This document shows, in pieces, positions 1-12,890 of a DNA stretch of 64,000 nt. The stretch is from Octopus sinensis (Eukaryota), in the NCBI RefSeq assembly GCF_006345805.1, contig NC_043003.1, forward strand, positions 53,320,001 to 53,384,000. The letters run 5' to 3'. Both the position numbers and the translations under genes were made by a program. How positions within the stretch are numbered: position 1 is the first letter of the stretch; every line of letters begins with the position of its first letter. The notes under the pieces are model-generated. The model did not search any database. It worked only from the letters and a program-made list of their open reading frames with translations, and had not been told where the DNA came from.

Positions 1-181
1 AGACAAACGGATTAAGTCGATAACATCGACCCCACTGCGTAACTGGTACTTAATTTATCGACCCCGAAAGGATGAAAGGCAAAGTCGACCTCGGCGGAAT
101 TTGAACTCAGAACGTAGCGACAGACGAAATATCGCTAAGCATTTCGCCCGGCCTGCTAACGTTTCTGCCAGCTCAGCGCCT
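1..181 (-). mobile_element. SINE family A (tRNA head plus Meta/MESC-like core), partial
   Basis: Minus strand carries the B-box GAGTTCAAATTCC and the core GCCTTTCATCCTTTCGGGGTCGATAAA, found many times in the window. Confidence 0.8.
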
Positions 182-1731
182 TTCGGTTAGCAAAGAGATG
201 TGAATTAATTTGGATGTCGGAAAAAGTTGGTTCACAAGACGAGCAAAGTCGCATGCCCACACGTGCTTTAAGAGAAACAACTATGAAACAATAACATTTT
301 CAGTCATATAAAAAGAAAATCGACAGGTCAAATACGAAGAAGTAGGGAAGATAGATGGAAGGTAAAAAGAAAAAAAAACGAAAATATCTTGGCTTCGATT
401 GAAATTTTTTTCTTCTTAATGTCTGGCTTGAGTGTAGAACGTAAACATGGTGACTTATACATCTTACTTCTAGAAAAATTCGATTGGAGAATAGTGAAAG
501 TTAATACGAAAATTATTAAATTAACAATTCTGAAAGAAATAAAGGAAAAGGAGAAAAAATACGGAAGGAAAAGAAAACTTAAAACACACACACATATCTT
601 CATATATGTAAATATATCTACATATATGTAAAGAAATATATAAAATACACACACATACTTATATATGAATATGTATATTCCTTGTTTTACATTCATTTTT
701 TTTTTATGCTAGCGTAAGTTGAACTGTTAATCATTTGAGGTGTTATTTTACAGTCGGATGCACTTCCTGTCGCCAATCTTTCCTGTATTACATGCGCGCG
801 CACACACACACATACATACACAGACCTTGTGTAATTTTGATTAAACTAACCAAGTTCAGTAAAGACAAGTATACTGTACATGCAGAATGTATATTTTTTA
901 ATTCGAAATGTTATTAGAAGTTCGGTATGTAAAAATCTTGCTTTGACCAGAAATATAGCTTTTAACTCGTCTTATACATTCTAATATATTTCAGTCGTGT
1001 GAGAAAACGGTGAGATGAAACTCAAAGTAAAACGTTTTGAGTAAAAGAATATACACTCTGCATATACAATGTATTTTGTCCTTTATTGAACTGGGTGGTT
1101 TCATTAAGAATTACATCATGTGTGTGCGTGCACGCATATATGCGTGCGCACACTTGGTATTTTACCGTTTCCTTTTCTTTTTTATTTTCAGCCGTCTCTT
1201 CTCAATTTCCTTTATTTTTCTTTGAATTATTAATTTATTGATTTACATGATGTCTAACTTTTCTTTTCTTCACTCGAATTTTTCTGATATTTTCTTTCTT
1301 ATTTTCTCCCGCCAACCCCATTTTTCTCTCTCCATATTTCCTTATTTTATAACAAATTGTCGATTTTTTTCTTTTTAATTTGGCCGAAAATGTAACTGTT
1401 TCAATTTTATTTAGCGACTCCAAAAAGATGAAAGGTAAATTTCACCTAAGTGAAATTTGAACTTTGAGCACAATAAGTTGAGACGATTACCACAAAGCAA
1501 TCTATCCAGCGCTCTAACGAGTATGCTAATTGGCCATCTAGACACACACCGATACACTAAAGTATATACAATTGAGGTTGTTCCTTCTCAAGTACAATTG
1601 AAGCCAACTAATGAATAATAACTCGAGTAAAGTAAAACTTCAACTTCAAATGACTAAAATAACTCGGATGAAATGGATCGTACTTTACTTTAACTTTCTA
1701 CCATATAAACTGTACTTTATTCGAAAGGACT

Positions 1732-1945
1732 TTAACCCCACATCTCAGGGCCAAATATTCTACTTGTTCTATACTCAAGCAGGTCAGATCTGGCCTCTTG
1801 CACCTGCGTTACAATATCATTCTAAAAAAATAAACAATAACATCTTTGAAATCTCGAAGCTACACGATAATTCATAATTGATTCAGAACAATGTGAATAA
1901 AGAAGTATAACATTTGACAGAATAATCTGAATGCTAAATGGTTAA
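1732..1945. mobile_element. piggyBac-like MITE remnant
   Basis: Begins TTAACCC and ends AATGCTAAATGGTTAA, i.e. TTAA-flanked CCC/GGG-type ends, degenerate. Confidence 0.4.
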
Positions 1946-2083
1946 ACCATTTATGGAATACGAAATATTTCTCAAGTAATTTAAAGCTTCTATGCTGTGA
2001 ACTGCGATGTGATGTGATGTACCGTGACGTGGCGTGATGTGATGTGACATATGATATGATATGATATGATATATTATATTATA

Positions 2084-2640
2084 CAGTAACAACTCGCCAT
2101 ATCGCGATTCACTTATCGCACTCTCAGTACATTGCAGATTTTTCTGGCTAGTATATGTAAATTTACATCGCAGACTCCTCGTATATCGCGTGTTTCTATG
2201 GCCGATAGGTATTTATATTTTAGATTTTAATTATTTCTACGGTAAGATTTTCACTACTAAAAATTCATTAAAAAAATACAGTAAAGTGCTGCACTGTATA
2301 ACACATTAAATAAAATATATGAAAAGAAAATAAGTAGTGTACCGCAAATGAGTAAACAAAGAATCGCACATACTGTATGGAAAACGAAACTCGGGAGGCG
2401 AGCGTGTGATGTTGTTTTGCATTTGTGTGTAAAATTGTGAATTTACAAGCCCTACGATGTCGTCCAAACGTTCAGCACCTTCTAAGGTTTCTGGCAGTGA
2501 ACCCACGCGCCAGAAGAAGATGCTTACAATAACAGAGAAGGTGAGACTCCTCGGCATAAGGAAGAGAGAAGGCATGCGGATGCCGTTACTGCATCAATGA
2601 ATCTACAATGAAATGTTGCCTAAGTGAGAAGAATCATATC
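2084..2640 (+). mobile_element. Tigger/pogo DNA transposon 5' fragment
   Basis: TA-CAGT terminus. From ATG 2457: MSSKRSAPSKVSGSEPTRQKKMLTITEKVRLL, then a frameshifted YCINESTMK, typical of the Tigger/CENP-B N-terminal HTH. Confidence 0.7.
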
Positions 2641-3624
2641 CTATGCAAGATATATCTCATTTACTTGCCACTGAAAATTAAGCACCATCGCAAAATAGTC
2701 TCTAGGACTTTAAAGTTATAGATTTAGAAAGTATAAGTGAAGTAATGAAAATACAACACTACATAGATGTTAACATCATCGTTGTCGTCTTAACGTTCAC
2801 TATTCTATGGCTTGCATTTGTAGAATATTGGAAATGAATGACATTCGTTTACAACAATCACGCAAGGTTTTGATTGGCCCAAAACTATACTAGAAGACAG
2901 TTGACCTTGCCCAAGGTACCCTGTTGTGGAACCGAATCCAAAACCATGTGGTTGGGAATCAGATTTCTTAGCCATACAGCCACACCTGTGCCTTTAGCGA
3001 CACGTGCGCCTATATTTTTTGAGAAATAGTATTTTGGATAGTACAGACTATATCTCTTATTAATCCACTATAATGTGCTATAGCACTCATTAAGATATTT
3101 GTAAAACAGTTTGTAGTTCATCAATTTACATTCTAAGCCCTTCGAGGAGTAATATGATTGTTGTTGTTAACTATTGCACGACATGACAAACGGAAAAATA
3201 TTAATCATTCCAATTGTCAGATTGCAATGTAATTATAAAACTGTCTATACAGCAAATTAATTTTCATTAGACAACAATAAATCATAGGACATAAAAACTA
3301 TATGTTGTCTATATAATCTTTTGTTTTGTTTTTCGTTGTGCTTTTTGTTTCATTTTGCGTTTTTTGTTGTTTTGGGTTGTTTTTTTCAATGATTCCATTA
3401 AAACAATGTAAGTGAACAAAGAAACCAATATCGAACTGAATGGCACCAAGCCAATATGTAGATTTGCCTCAAGACTTACCACGTCTCGCAACTCATTTAT
3501 ATACTAAGTCACAATAATTAAAATGAAAGTGCTCAATAGTCCATTTCGCCAAATAATCGAAACGTTAAAAAATTTGATAATGATTAATTATTCAAAGTGA
3601 AATAAATACAAGACTTTTTTTTAC

Positions 3625-3740
3625 CTTATATTTTTCTAAAGCATCAAGAGTGAGGAAATAACCTTCACGTGAGTACAAGCACAATGCTGACATCAGCTCA
3701 AAGATTTGCATCTTCACAATAGGGTTTCTGTTTTCCAATA
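3625..3740 (-). CDS. INF2-like: Second coding exon of the INF2-like formin (116 nt), absent from the ORF track
   Basis: Acceptor TGTTTTTCAG| and donor AAG|GTAAAA. Joined in phase 1 to the upstream exon it reads (V)LENRNPIVKMQIFELMSALCLYSREGYFLTLDALEKYK, matching INF2 [39 protein letters not shown]. Confidence 0.93.
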
Positions 3741-4559
3741 CTGAAAAACAAATTTTAAAATATTCTTCATTTTAGTTATCCATTTATTAATTCGTTTATT
3801 TTTATATATTTATTTTTTCAAACTAAGGTAAGTAATAGATATAATACAACATGACACAAAATTATAGGATTAAATAAAACAAAAATAACAAATTGCTAAC
3901 AAGAGCTTATACTCACACGTACACGCATGCATACATACATAGACAAAAAAAAGAAATAAACAAACAGATTCGATGTCTACCTAAAACCGAATTCTTGACA
4001 CAGCATGCTAACAAGCCGAGACGGTGTGCTGTCGACTGCAGTATTGTGTATAGGTAAACTTGAACTTCAGTCTAATAATAACCATATTGCTCCACATCAG
4101 TTTGTCGGCGATCTATACATGATAGAGTGAATGTATGCTTAGTGCATTGGGTGATTTGTTACAAGGTAAACAATGAAGGATTTGAAAGAATAACGTGCTT
4201 GTTTGAAACTATTTCATATTGGAAAAACGTTTTATGGAGAATTTTCTGATATTGCGATTGGCCTATGTGGAGGATTATTTTTGCCTGATACAGTGTTGCA
4301 AGTAGTATCAGCATTTCAAATAGGGAAAAACATACTCCGAAGACAATCCTGGATTCGGATGACCCTTTAAGCAGAGGGCAACAATCCAAAGTGATTCGAA
4401 AAAAATTGGTGCTTGACTGTCCTTGAAATTTCCTAAAAGATACGCATTTGTAAAAGTTCGTACCATCTGATTTTTCAAAGAAAAATTGGCGAGGCTTCGT
4501 GTTGCTATAAAATCTTTGCTTTATCTGCAGATAAAGGAGCTAAAATGGCAAACAAGTCA

Positions 4560-5130
4560 GCTGTTTGGTCATTTGAATGCTACTGAAAAATTTCTAGAAG
4601 ATAACATAGCAGGTGACGAAACATGGACATATGGTTACGATGACGACGAAACAAAAAAAATGCATTCATCACACTAGATTGGATCATCAGTACTACGAGT
4701 AAAAGCATTTTTTAAAAAGCACGCTAGAGTCAGTCAAATACCAAGATAATGTTGATTGTCTTTGATTGATTGTGGGGGGGGGATGTTGATCTCATGACAT
4801 TGTTCCACGTGATCAGACGATCAATAAACATTATAATACTTGGATGTGCTGGATCTTCTGAAAGAAGGGGTCTAAGGCGTATGTGAACAAAACTTGATAC
4901 TACACCACGACAACGCTTCTACTCACTCTCTATCTGTTGTTTTCTGGCAAACAATGAAATGATTCTCGTCTAGATTTTAACCTAAGAAGACTAATTTTTG
5001 TTCCCAAATTTGAAAAGCATTCTGGAATATCACGGAGTTCAGAAATAGAAGAAAATACAGAATAGGAAATTGTACATTAACTTTGAAGATGCTATCCAGA
5101 AAAAGATCCAAACTGATGGAGAGGATTAAG
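4560..5130 (+). pseudogene. Decayed mariner (DD34D) transposase
   Basis: Motifs IAGDETWTYGYD, KIMLIVF, VPRDQTINK, LILHHDNA and FLFPNLK across frameshifts and stops. Confidence 0.85.
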
Positions 5131-6142
5131 AACCTTCTATCAACAGTTATGACATCAGTATCTGTGTAGTTAATGCATGCGTATGCGTGTGTGTGGGGGG
5201 GGGTGCTTAGTTTGTGTGTGAATGCAAGTTTGTTTGTTAAGTAATGCTAGGATTTAGTACTGTGATTTTGAACTGTTGTCTATTTTGCCTCTAGTGCAGA
5301 CATATTGATGATGGTGGGATTGTTGTTAGTCCGTCCTTGTTTACTATTAAGCTCATTCTCAGCCTCTAATATTATATTACTTTTTTCTATTTGTCACAAG
5401 ACGGGGTTATATTGGTGCGTTGGTAAAAAGTTTTATTTCAGTGTTGTTTACCAAGCTATCATTCCTCAATTGCATATTGGTACAATAACGATATTGTTTT
5501 GTTTTCCTTGTAACTGCACCAGTTTCTCTCTATTTCTCTGCTCTGGTACGAGCCGTTCCTCTATAGCAATTGTGTTAATGTTTTTTTCTTCGACTTTCAA
5601 GCATCTCATGTGATGTATTACAATTCTAGTTTTACAACAGATACGTTTCCACCAACAACATCGCCACTGCAACTGCCGTCCACCACCAATCACGGTGCAC
5701 CTACCACACAGCCATAGCTAGTGTACCCACTGCATTGATGTTGCCAGGGTGTCCGTGATACTTTTAGGCAATACATTAAAAGCAGTGGTAATAGTGGGAG
5801 TGATATTAGAAGCATTTGTGGTGGTGGGGTATATTGACTGGTGAGGGTAGGATGCGAACGAGAGAGCAGTGGTGCAGGGAAGGTGCATGTTTGGACGTTT
5901 TTCTCGTTTCATGGCGTAATAGTGATGCCGGCAACAGTGGTCGCAATGGTGATTGTGGTAATCGAAAGAGAAAAACGAATATTGTGTAACTTGAATAGAA
6001 TTTTCTTGAATTTTTTTATAACAATGCCTATATAATGAGCGACTTGTTATAACAATTACCGTTTGATAAATAATTTGTTATTGCAATAAATGGCTTCCTC
6101 TGTGTGTATGTTTATACATACATACATGCATTCATACACACA

Positions 6143-7380
6143 CGAGGTGTATGTAACCTTTGGATGGGAGACGACATCACCCTTCCTGCGCATACGTAAA
6201 AAGTTTTGCGCCGGTTGGCCGCGTCAATTCTTGATTGTTACGCCTAGAGTTCACGTGAAGCGCGAGCTCTTCAGATTTTCGTTTTCACGCAAGATAACAG
6301 AACCCATCAATAAGAGACCATAAACCAATGTCTTATCACCATTGATGATGGTCTTCATGAAATCTGGGGCAGTAACTGACACAGTCCAGCATGCTCTGAA
6401 CGATTTCTTTGCGCAATTGCTACTGCTGCTGTTTGTTAGTTGAGCGAAGCGGTCTTCGTCCCAATGGGAGAAGTCCGAAACGTGGTCCTTTGCTATTCGT
6501 AAGACCCGCAGAGAGAAAGTAGGTCAACCCCCGACACCGAGAGCATCGACGGATGGATGAATGCGCATCAAGGCTCAGCGGTTGTGTAGGAAGTCGGGGA
6601 CAAGAAACAGGAAGAAAGAGTGAGAGAAAGTTGGAGCGAAAGAGTACAACAGGGGTCGCCACCACCCCCTGCCGGAGCCTCGTGGAGCTTTAGGAGTTTT
6701 CGCTCAATAAACACACATCGCCCGGTCTGGGAATCGAAACCGCGATCCTCCGACCGCGACGCTGCCCTAACCACTGGGCCATTGCGCCTCCACTTGCTGC
6801 TGCTGTTCCACCAGTACCTTGGGAACGAATTTCGCCGACACTCTCCACCTGTACAAACCCTCCATTAAAATGGAATGCACTTATCCTGTGCTTATTCCCA
6901 CTTTGTGAACAACTTCCTGGATTGTGCACGACAGTCTTTCATGACAATTTGCCGAACCTTCTCAATCGTCTCCTAGTTTCGGCTCGCAGATGACCTGCCT
7001 GAGAGTGCCTTGCTCTCTACTGAGGTGCAACCATATTTGAAGCGGTTGGTGTGAGTTTTGCCCATTACACGATCGTCAAAGGCCTGCTGAATCTTCTGGA
7101 TGCCTTCAACTTGAGTACCACCAAGCTTTTGGCAAAATAAATCTGGTGCAATATCTCTGCTCTTTGCATTCGGTGAAAACGAAAATCCGACAAGAGGGCA
7201 TTGCACGTCTATACTCTAAGCGCAACAGCCGGGTACTCACGCGGCCCACTGGCGAGAATATTTTTACGCATGTGCAGAAAGGGTGGCGTCACCTCACACC
7301 CAAATGATTTTGCCCACGTGGCATTAGCTTTGGCGGGAAAAAATAAAGTCGGATATTGCTTGAACGCGCTTTGTATACAC
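6143..7380 (-). mobile_element. Internally deleted mariner element with long inverted ends, split by a SINE
   Basis: KLGGTQVEGIQKIQQAF..RFKYGCTSVES..SGRSSASRN, RVSAKFVPKVL and PDFMKTIINGDKTLVYG. Segment 6167-6250 is the inverted counterpart of 7212-7294. Confidence 0.8.
6434..6792 (-). mobile_element. SINE family D (tRNA-derived) inserted in the mariner ORF
   Basis: Head GGAGGCGCAATGGCCCAGTGGTTAGGGCAGCG..GGTTTCGATTCC with A and B boxes. TSD-like TTGCT(A/G)CTGCTG on both sides. Confidence 0.8.
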
Positions 7381-7429
7381 ACACGCACGAGCGCAAAAAC
7401 GATCGATACACACACACACACATATATAT

Positions 7430-7639
7430 ATTTTTTTTTTTCTTTCCTTCTTTCTGTGTTTTTTCTCTGTGTATATTTATGTTGAAGAGCGTAGGCTCGA
7501 AACGTTAAAGACTTGTTTTATTTATATTTCCTGAGCGCCATACTAATACAATTGTTTGTTTGTATTCCACCTGCCTTCGTCTTTGTTTATTTCCGTAAAC
7601 CTGCCTTCGTCTTTTGTCTATTTTCATAAAGCTTCCCGT

Positions 7640-7640
<1 letters not shown>
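7430..7640 (+). mobile_element. Penelope-type terminal fragment with a decayed minimal hammerhead motif (7476-7510)
   Basis: TTT-ATGTTGA-AGAGCGTAGGCTC-GAAACGTT-AAAG, embedded in TA/CA microsatellites. Homologous to 15470-15680 and 62945-63146. Confidence 0.6.
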
Positions 7641-7708
<68 letters not shown>

Positions 7709-7770
7709 TAATATTTCGCTTAGGCATAGCAAAACCACTAACCTGCTGTCAGAACTCAATGTACATAAGC

Positions 7771-8012
7771 TTCAGAAAGAATTAAATAAATGACAAGGGA
7801 ACTAGAAATTATATAACGAAGTTCTTTAGCTTACATCTGTTTCTACGATAAGATGCAATGCACTCATACTCTGGGCGCTTGCGGATCACCTTGTAGCTTT
7901 CTTTTTGAAGCTCCGACGCTCAGATAAGAGTGCATCTATGGCAGAAACAGCTTTAAGCTAATGAAGGTCGTTACACAATTTCTCGCTCACTTGTCATTTA
8001 TTTAATATTTGA
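7771..8012. repeat. Imperfect inverted-repeat (foldback) element with a GAAACAGCT.TA motif
   Basis: ATTAAATAAATGACAAG...TAGCTTACATCTGTTTCT mirrors AGAAACAGCTTTAAGCTA...CTTGTCATTTATTTAAT. Confidence 0.7.
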
Positions 8013-8041
8013 ATATATGTTACATATCTTAATAGACACAT

Positions 8042-8330
8042 AGGAGGCGCAATGGCCCAGTGGTTAGGGCAGCAGACTCGCGGTCGGAGGATCGCGGTTT
8101 CGATTCCCAGACCGGGCGTTGTGTGTGTTTGTTGAGCGAAAACATCTAAAGCTCCACGCGGCTCCGGCAGGGGATGGTGACGACCCCTGTTGTAATCTTT
8201 CGCCCCAACTTTCTCTCACTCTCTCTTCCTGTTTTTTGAGTCCCGTCGAGCTGGGGGGAACACATACGCCACAGAAACCGGGAAACCGGGCCCATGAGCC
8301 TGACTAGGCTTGAAAAGGGCGCATATATAA
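8042..8330 (+). mobile_element. SINE family D copy
   Basis: Same tRNA-like head as 6434-6792 and 51989-52370. Confidence 0.8.
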
Positions 8331-8920
8331 ATTTTAAAAAATACACACATACAATATATATTTATATACACGCATTCATTGATACGTATATGCAATTATT
8401 GTATTTGCTGGCGTATAAGACGCACTCTCGCATGAAACACATTTCTGTTTGTTGGTTCATATTTTATGGGGAAAAAGAAATTTCAGTTCTATTATTTTAA
8501 TTATTAACTGTATAGTTGTTTATATTTCAGTCAACAAAATTGTCATACAAGATTTAAAATTTGTATTTTTTCCCACAGTGATGTTTTTTGCAGCGATAAA
8601 CCAAGACTGTTCTGTACCACCGCAATGGTTTTTATGCTATCCACTCACTGAAAGTAGCTGACAGGCAGATGAAAGTTTAACATTCCTTCCATCCTTCGAC
8701 GATAATTTTCGTTTAGATAATAAATTTTTTTTCTTAAAGGTAACACAGTTATTAAATAATATATGGTACATAACAGGTGTTGGTTATGTATGTTGAAGAA
8801 AGAGGTTTTAGTTATGTGACCGCCTCACATAACTACCTACGTTACTGTAAGCAATTTTTCGTAAGTTTGTGCTAACAGACGGTAATATTTTGGCGTGTTT
8901 TCAATATTTTATTATTAATA

Positions 8921-9350
8921 AGGGCGGTGAGTTGTCAGAATCGTTAGCATGCCGGGCAAAAATGCTTAGCGGCATTTCGTCCGTGTGTACGTTCTGAGTT
9001 CAAATTCCGCCGAGGTCGACTTTGCCTTTCATGCTTTCACGGTCGATAAAATAAGTACCAGTTAAGCACTGGAGTCGATGTAATTAAGTTACCCCTTCCC
9101 CCGAACTTACTGGCTTTGTGCCAAAATTTGAAACCAGCATTTTTTTTTTTTTAGTAACAATTAATGTGCTTAGTGGACTTATGCTCATCTGGTATTTGTT
9201 CCGAGTCATTACATTCCGAGTTCAAATCCAACCAAGGTCAACATTGCCTTTCGTCCTTCCTGGATTTTTAAAAATAAGGTCCCACTCAAGTACTGATGTT
9301 GATTTAATCAACGAATCCTTCCAACAAATATTAGGCTTTGTCCCTATATC
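8921..9350 (+). mobile_element. SINE family A copy plus an adjacent older copy
   Basis: GGCGGTGAGTTGTCAGAATCGTTAGC head, B-box and Meta-like core. Confidence 0.75.
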
Positions 9351-10077
9351 AGAAACATTTATGCACTTCGTTACTCGAAGCGTATATACATCTCTATGTA
9401 CGTAATACGTATATTTTCTAAGATGTATATCATTTAATATACTAGATATTATTTAACATATTAGGTAACGTAATTCTATATTAATCTATACATTACTATT
9501 AGCTTTAAATCTACTGCTTTTTCTTTTATTTTCTTTATTTTCTTTTGTACTATTTCCAGAAAATATTCATGTTTCAGCGCTGATTCGCTATCCGAATACA
9601 TTCATGCACTTTATTTTGGGTAATCTATATCCCAAGAGAAAATTTGGAATTTCATGGAGCTTACAACTTGGAGATTAAACCTGATGCTCTTACATCTTTA
9701 ACTATATATATATACATAGTTAGTTGAATTTCAATTTGTACCCAACTACTGATATGTATGCAAGTAATTATACACCTAGTTAAGAGAAACACATACTTGT
9801 CCCAGTAGATATAATATATTTTAACTTTAAGATACATACCACAATTTTTAGTTCAGTCATTCTTCTTGTGTGTGTGTGTGTGTGTGTGTGTGTACATAAT
9901 TTCATATTTGAAACCCAAACCTAACCGTTTGCTTAATTAACATAGATAAAAACATCATGAAACCGACCACATAATGTCATTGTGAACTAACAGTGATTTA
10001 ATGCTGCACTTGTATGAATTAAAATTGCACTTTCATATGCGTCGCTCTAGTTGATATATATATATATATATATATAT

Positions 10078-11960
10078 CGTCTCCCTCACACCGCCTCCAA
10101 TCTCATTGTCCGCACCCCCCCACACCCCGACCATTTACTTCCTCTCCAAAATCCACAAACCTAACAACCCTGGCCACCCCATCGTCTCCGCCTGTAACTG
10201 CCCCACCGAGCTTATCTCCAAATATCTTGACCGTGTCCTTGCCCCCCCCCCACTAGTGGCTTCTCTCCCTTTCTTACATCCATGACACCAACCACATACT
10301 TCGTCTGTTCAACACTTTATCCTTCTCTCCTGGCCCCTCTAAACTTCTCTTCACTCTCGACATCCAGAGCCTTTACACGGTGATCCCTCACCACGAGGGG
10401 CTGCGTGCACTCAAACATTTCCTTGACCTCCGACCCAACCCCCAACCCGACATCTCCACACTCGTTCGTCTGGCCGAACTTGTCCTCTCACTCAACTGCT
10501 TCTCGTTCGCGGGCGATTTCTACAAGCAAATCTCGGGAGTGGCCATGGGAACGAGAATGGGCCCCAACTATGCGAACCTGTTCGTTGGCTATATTGAGGC
10601 CCAAATATTCTCAAGTTTCGCTGGTCCCACTCCCGAACTATATGGCTGTAATATTGACGACTGTATCGGTGCAACCTCACTCTCCCGCGAACATCTAGAC
10701 TCCTTCCTCTCTTTTGTCAATCTTTCCATCCTGCCCTCCACTTCTCCTGACATTTCTGTCCCCTTTCTTGACATTTCGGTCAGCATTCATCACTCCACTC
10801 TTACTACCTCCATCCACTACAAATACACAGACTCACACTCATACCTCAACTTCTCCTCCTCCCACCCTAAACACACCAAGCTTTCCATCCCCTATTCCCA
10901 ATTCCTCCGTCTACGCAGGCTCTGTAGTGACAACCATAAATTTGAGACTCAGTCTCAACTCATAGCTCGCCACTTCATCCTACGTGGATATCCCTCCACC
11001 ACTATCCACACCGCCCTTGCCAGAGCACGTTCCCCTGCTCCCGCCCATGCTGACGCACTTGCCCCTACCTCTCCAACACCACCCTCCTCGCCAGCATCCA
11101 TCATCGACCCTATCACATCACCGACTCCTTCACCTGCACTTCTACCAATCTATTGCATCTACCATCTATTGCATCTCCTGCTCTCTCTGCCATTCTCTGT
11201 ACATCGGACAAACGGGACGCCACTTGGCTGACCTGTTCGCGGAACACCTCCGAGACATCTGCCTCGGTAATGACACCCCGGTCTCACGCCGTTTCCGCTC
11301 TACAGGTCACTCTTTGCAACACCTGTCCATGTTCGGATTGTTCTTGCACAGAGACCATCCGGACTCCCGTTTGCGCCGTGAACAGGGATTAATCTTTTCT
11401 CTTCGTTTCTTTATGCCACATGGGCTCAACTCTCCTCCCCTCTTCATTTAACTTCCTCTCCTTGCCTCTCTCCCCCTCCCTTCTACTTCCTCCCACCAAC
11501 CTGTCCTCTCTTGCTCCGACTCCTACTTCTCTTCATCCCTACTCTCTTTCTCTCTTCTCTCTTACTCTCTTCTCCCATACCCACCTTCCCCTTTCCCCTT
11601 CATCGTCAACCCTCCCCATAAGCCCACCCCACCCCTTCATACTCCTACCCCACCTTCTCTATCCTTCCCATTCCACCCCATTCCATCCGTTACACCCTCT
11701 CCCACATACCCCACCTCTACCCCCACCCTCTGCCTACCCACATACCCCAACCCTCAGCTTAACCCACACCCCACCCGTACTTTCCCCACTCTCGCCTCCC
11801 CCGCCTCCAAACACCATCACACCACACTACACTACACCATACCACACAACACATCACATCACATCAAAACACACCACCATGCACACACCAGCACTGACCA
11901 ATTCCCATCCCCACATTTTCACACCTACACATACACACACGCACACGTCAAGATCACCAG
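10078..11960 (+). mobile_element. 5'-truncated Penelope-like retroelement (Neptune-type RT plus GIY-YIG), inactive
   Basis: IYFLSKIHKPNNPGHPIVS, LFTLDIQSLYT, YKQISGVAMGTRMGPNYANLF, NIDD (mutated YIDD), PFLDI, IPYSQFLRLRRLCS. Endonuclease IYCISCSLCHSLYIGQTGR with CxxC; stop at 11451. Frameshifts present. Pyrimidine-rich 3' tail; the element starts within (TA)n. Confidence 0.93.
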
Positions 11961-12559
11961 CCCTCTTTCACATGTACATACGTACTCACTTACACACACG
12001 CACACCTTTGTTTTGGGATCACTACTATTTTGTTATCTCCTCTACTTCTCAGCTTTCCTGTGTTTTAGTTCTATAATTATGATGATAATCTGAACATGAT
12101 ATGACATTTTAAATTAAATATTGCATTTTTATTAATGCAAGTCTACACTTGGTACAACTAATGTAAGTAAATTAAAACTACTTTCCATTGAAAAAACTCA
12201 ACAAATATGAAATGACACTACAATCAACATAATTTGGATGATGCTGGATTAAACTTATAATTTAGAGAAATGCTTTTACTCATAAGCGTGTAGAAAGTCA
12301 TGTCATAAAGTGTGAGGGAAATAGAAAAGACAAAGAGAGAATGCTTTCTCACAGTAAATTAAAATTAGTTTTCTTTATTGAAATCTTTAGCTGAGGTCTT
12401 TGTCATACGCATACACTTAACAAATCCTTGATCAGTTTCTGTAGACTATTGTGTTTTGGCTGACTTTGATGCATGGTGTTTATTTTAAGGGATAAACAAA
12501 TAAAACCTTTATTGCAAATAATTTTCTACTTCTTGCAGCTGTCTGGACTGGAATTTTTC

Positions 12560-12890
12560 TAAGTTTTCCACTTTGTCTTACTCAGGCACTTAACAAATCC
12601 TTGCCTCGTAGATTACTTGTAGATCTGAGTGCTGTAGCTGACGTGAATAAGATTTGTTTACCCATAGGGATATATGCCAATGCCAATGCCAATGCCAATG
12701 AATGATTGAAATCTGATAAAAAACAGTTTTTTACAGACCTTTGTATTGTGCCGAACAGATATAAATCATTCTGAATATTCATGATAGCATCAAAACTATT
12801 GACCAACTCTGCATCCTTTATTGCACAAGATAGACAAATGGGGGCAATGCCTGGTGAGTGAGTTTCATTTTGACAGAACAAGAAGTGGTT
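12560..12890 (-). pseudogene. Possible MULE transposase remnant
   Basis: PGIAPICLSCAIKDAELVNSF and LALAYIP loosely resemble the MULE P..ISCDFE.A.INA and LALAFVP motifs. Highly decayed. Confidence 0.35.

Noticed and set aside
3470-3520. Third formin exon (YINELRD followed by GTAAGT)
   Set aside because: Lacks the expected YRF context and length, and does not extend into DID-like sequence; the next exon is probably outside the window.
8042-8120. Functional tRNA gene (also at 51989, 22250-22320 and 59835-59890)
   Set aside because: The acceptor stem does not close properly and the sequence continues into a repeat body; these are SINE heads.
11420-12076. Pro-rich 218 aa ORF as a formin FH1 domain
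   Set aside because: It is on the opposite strand to the formin and is the low-complexity pyrimidine-rich tail of the Penelope element.
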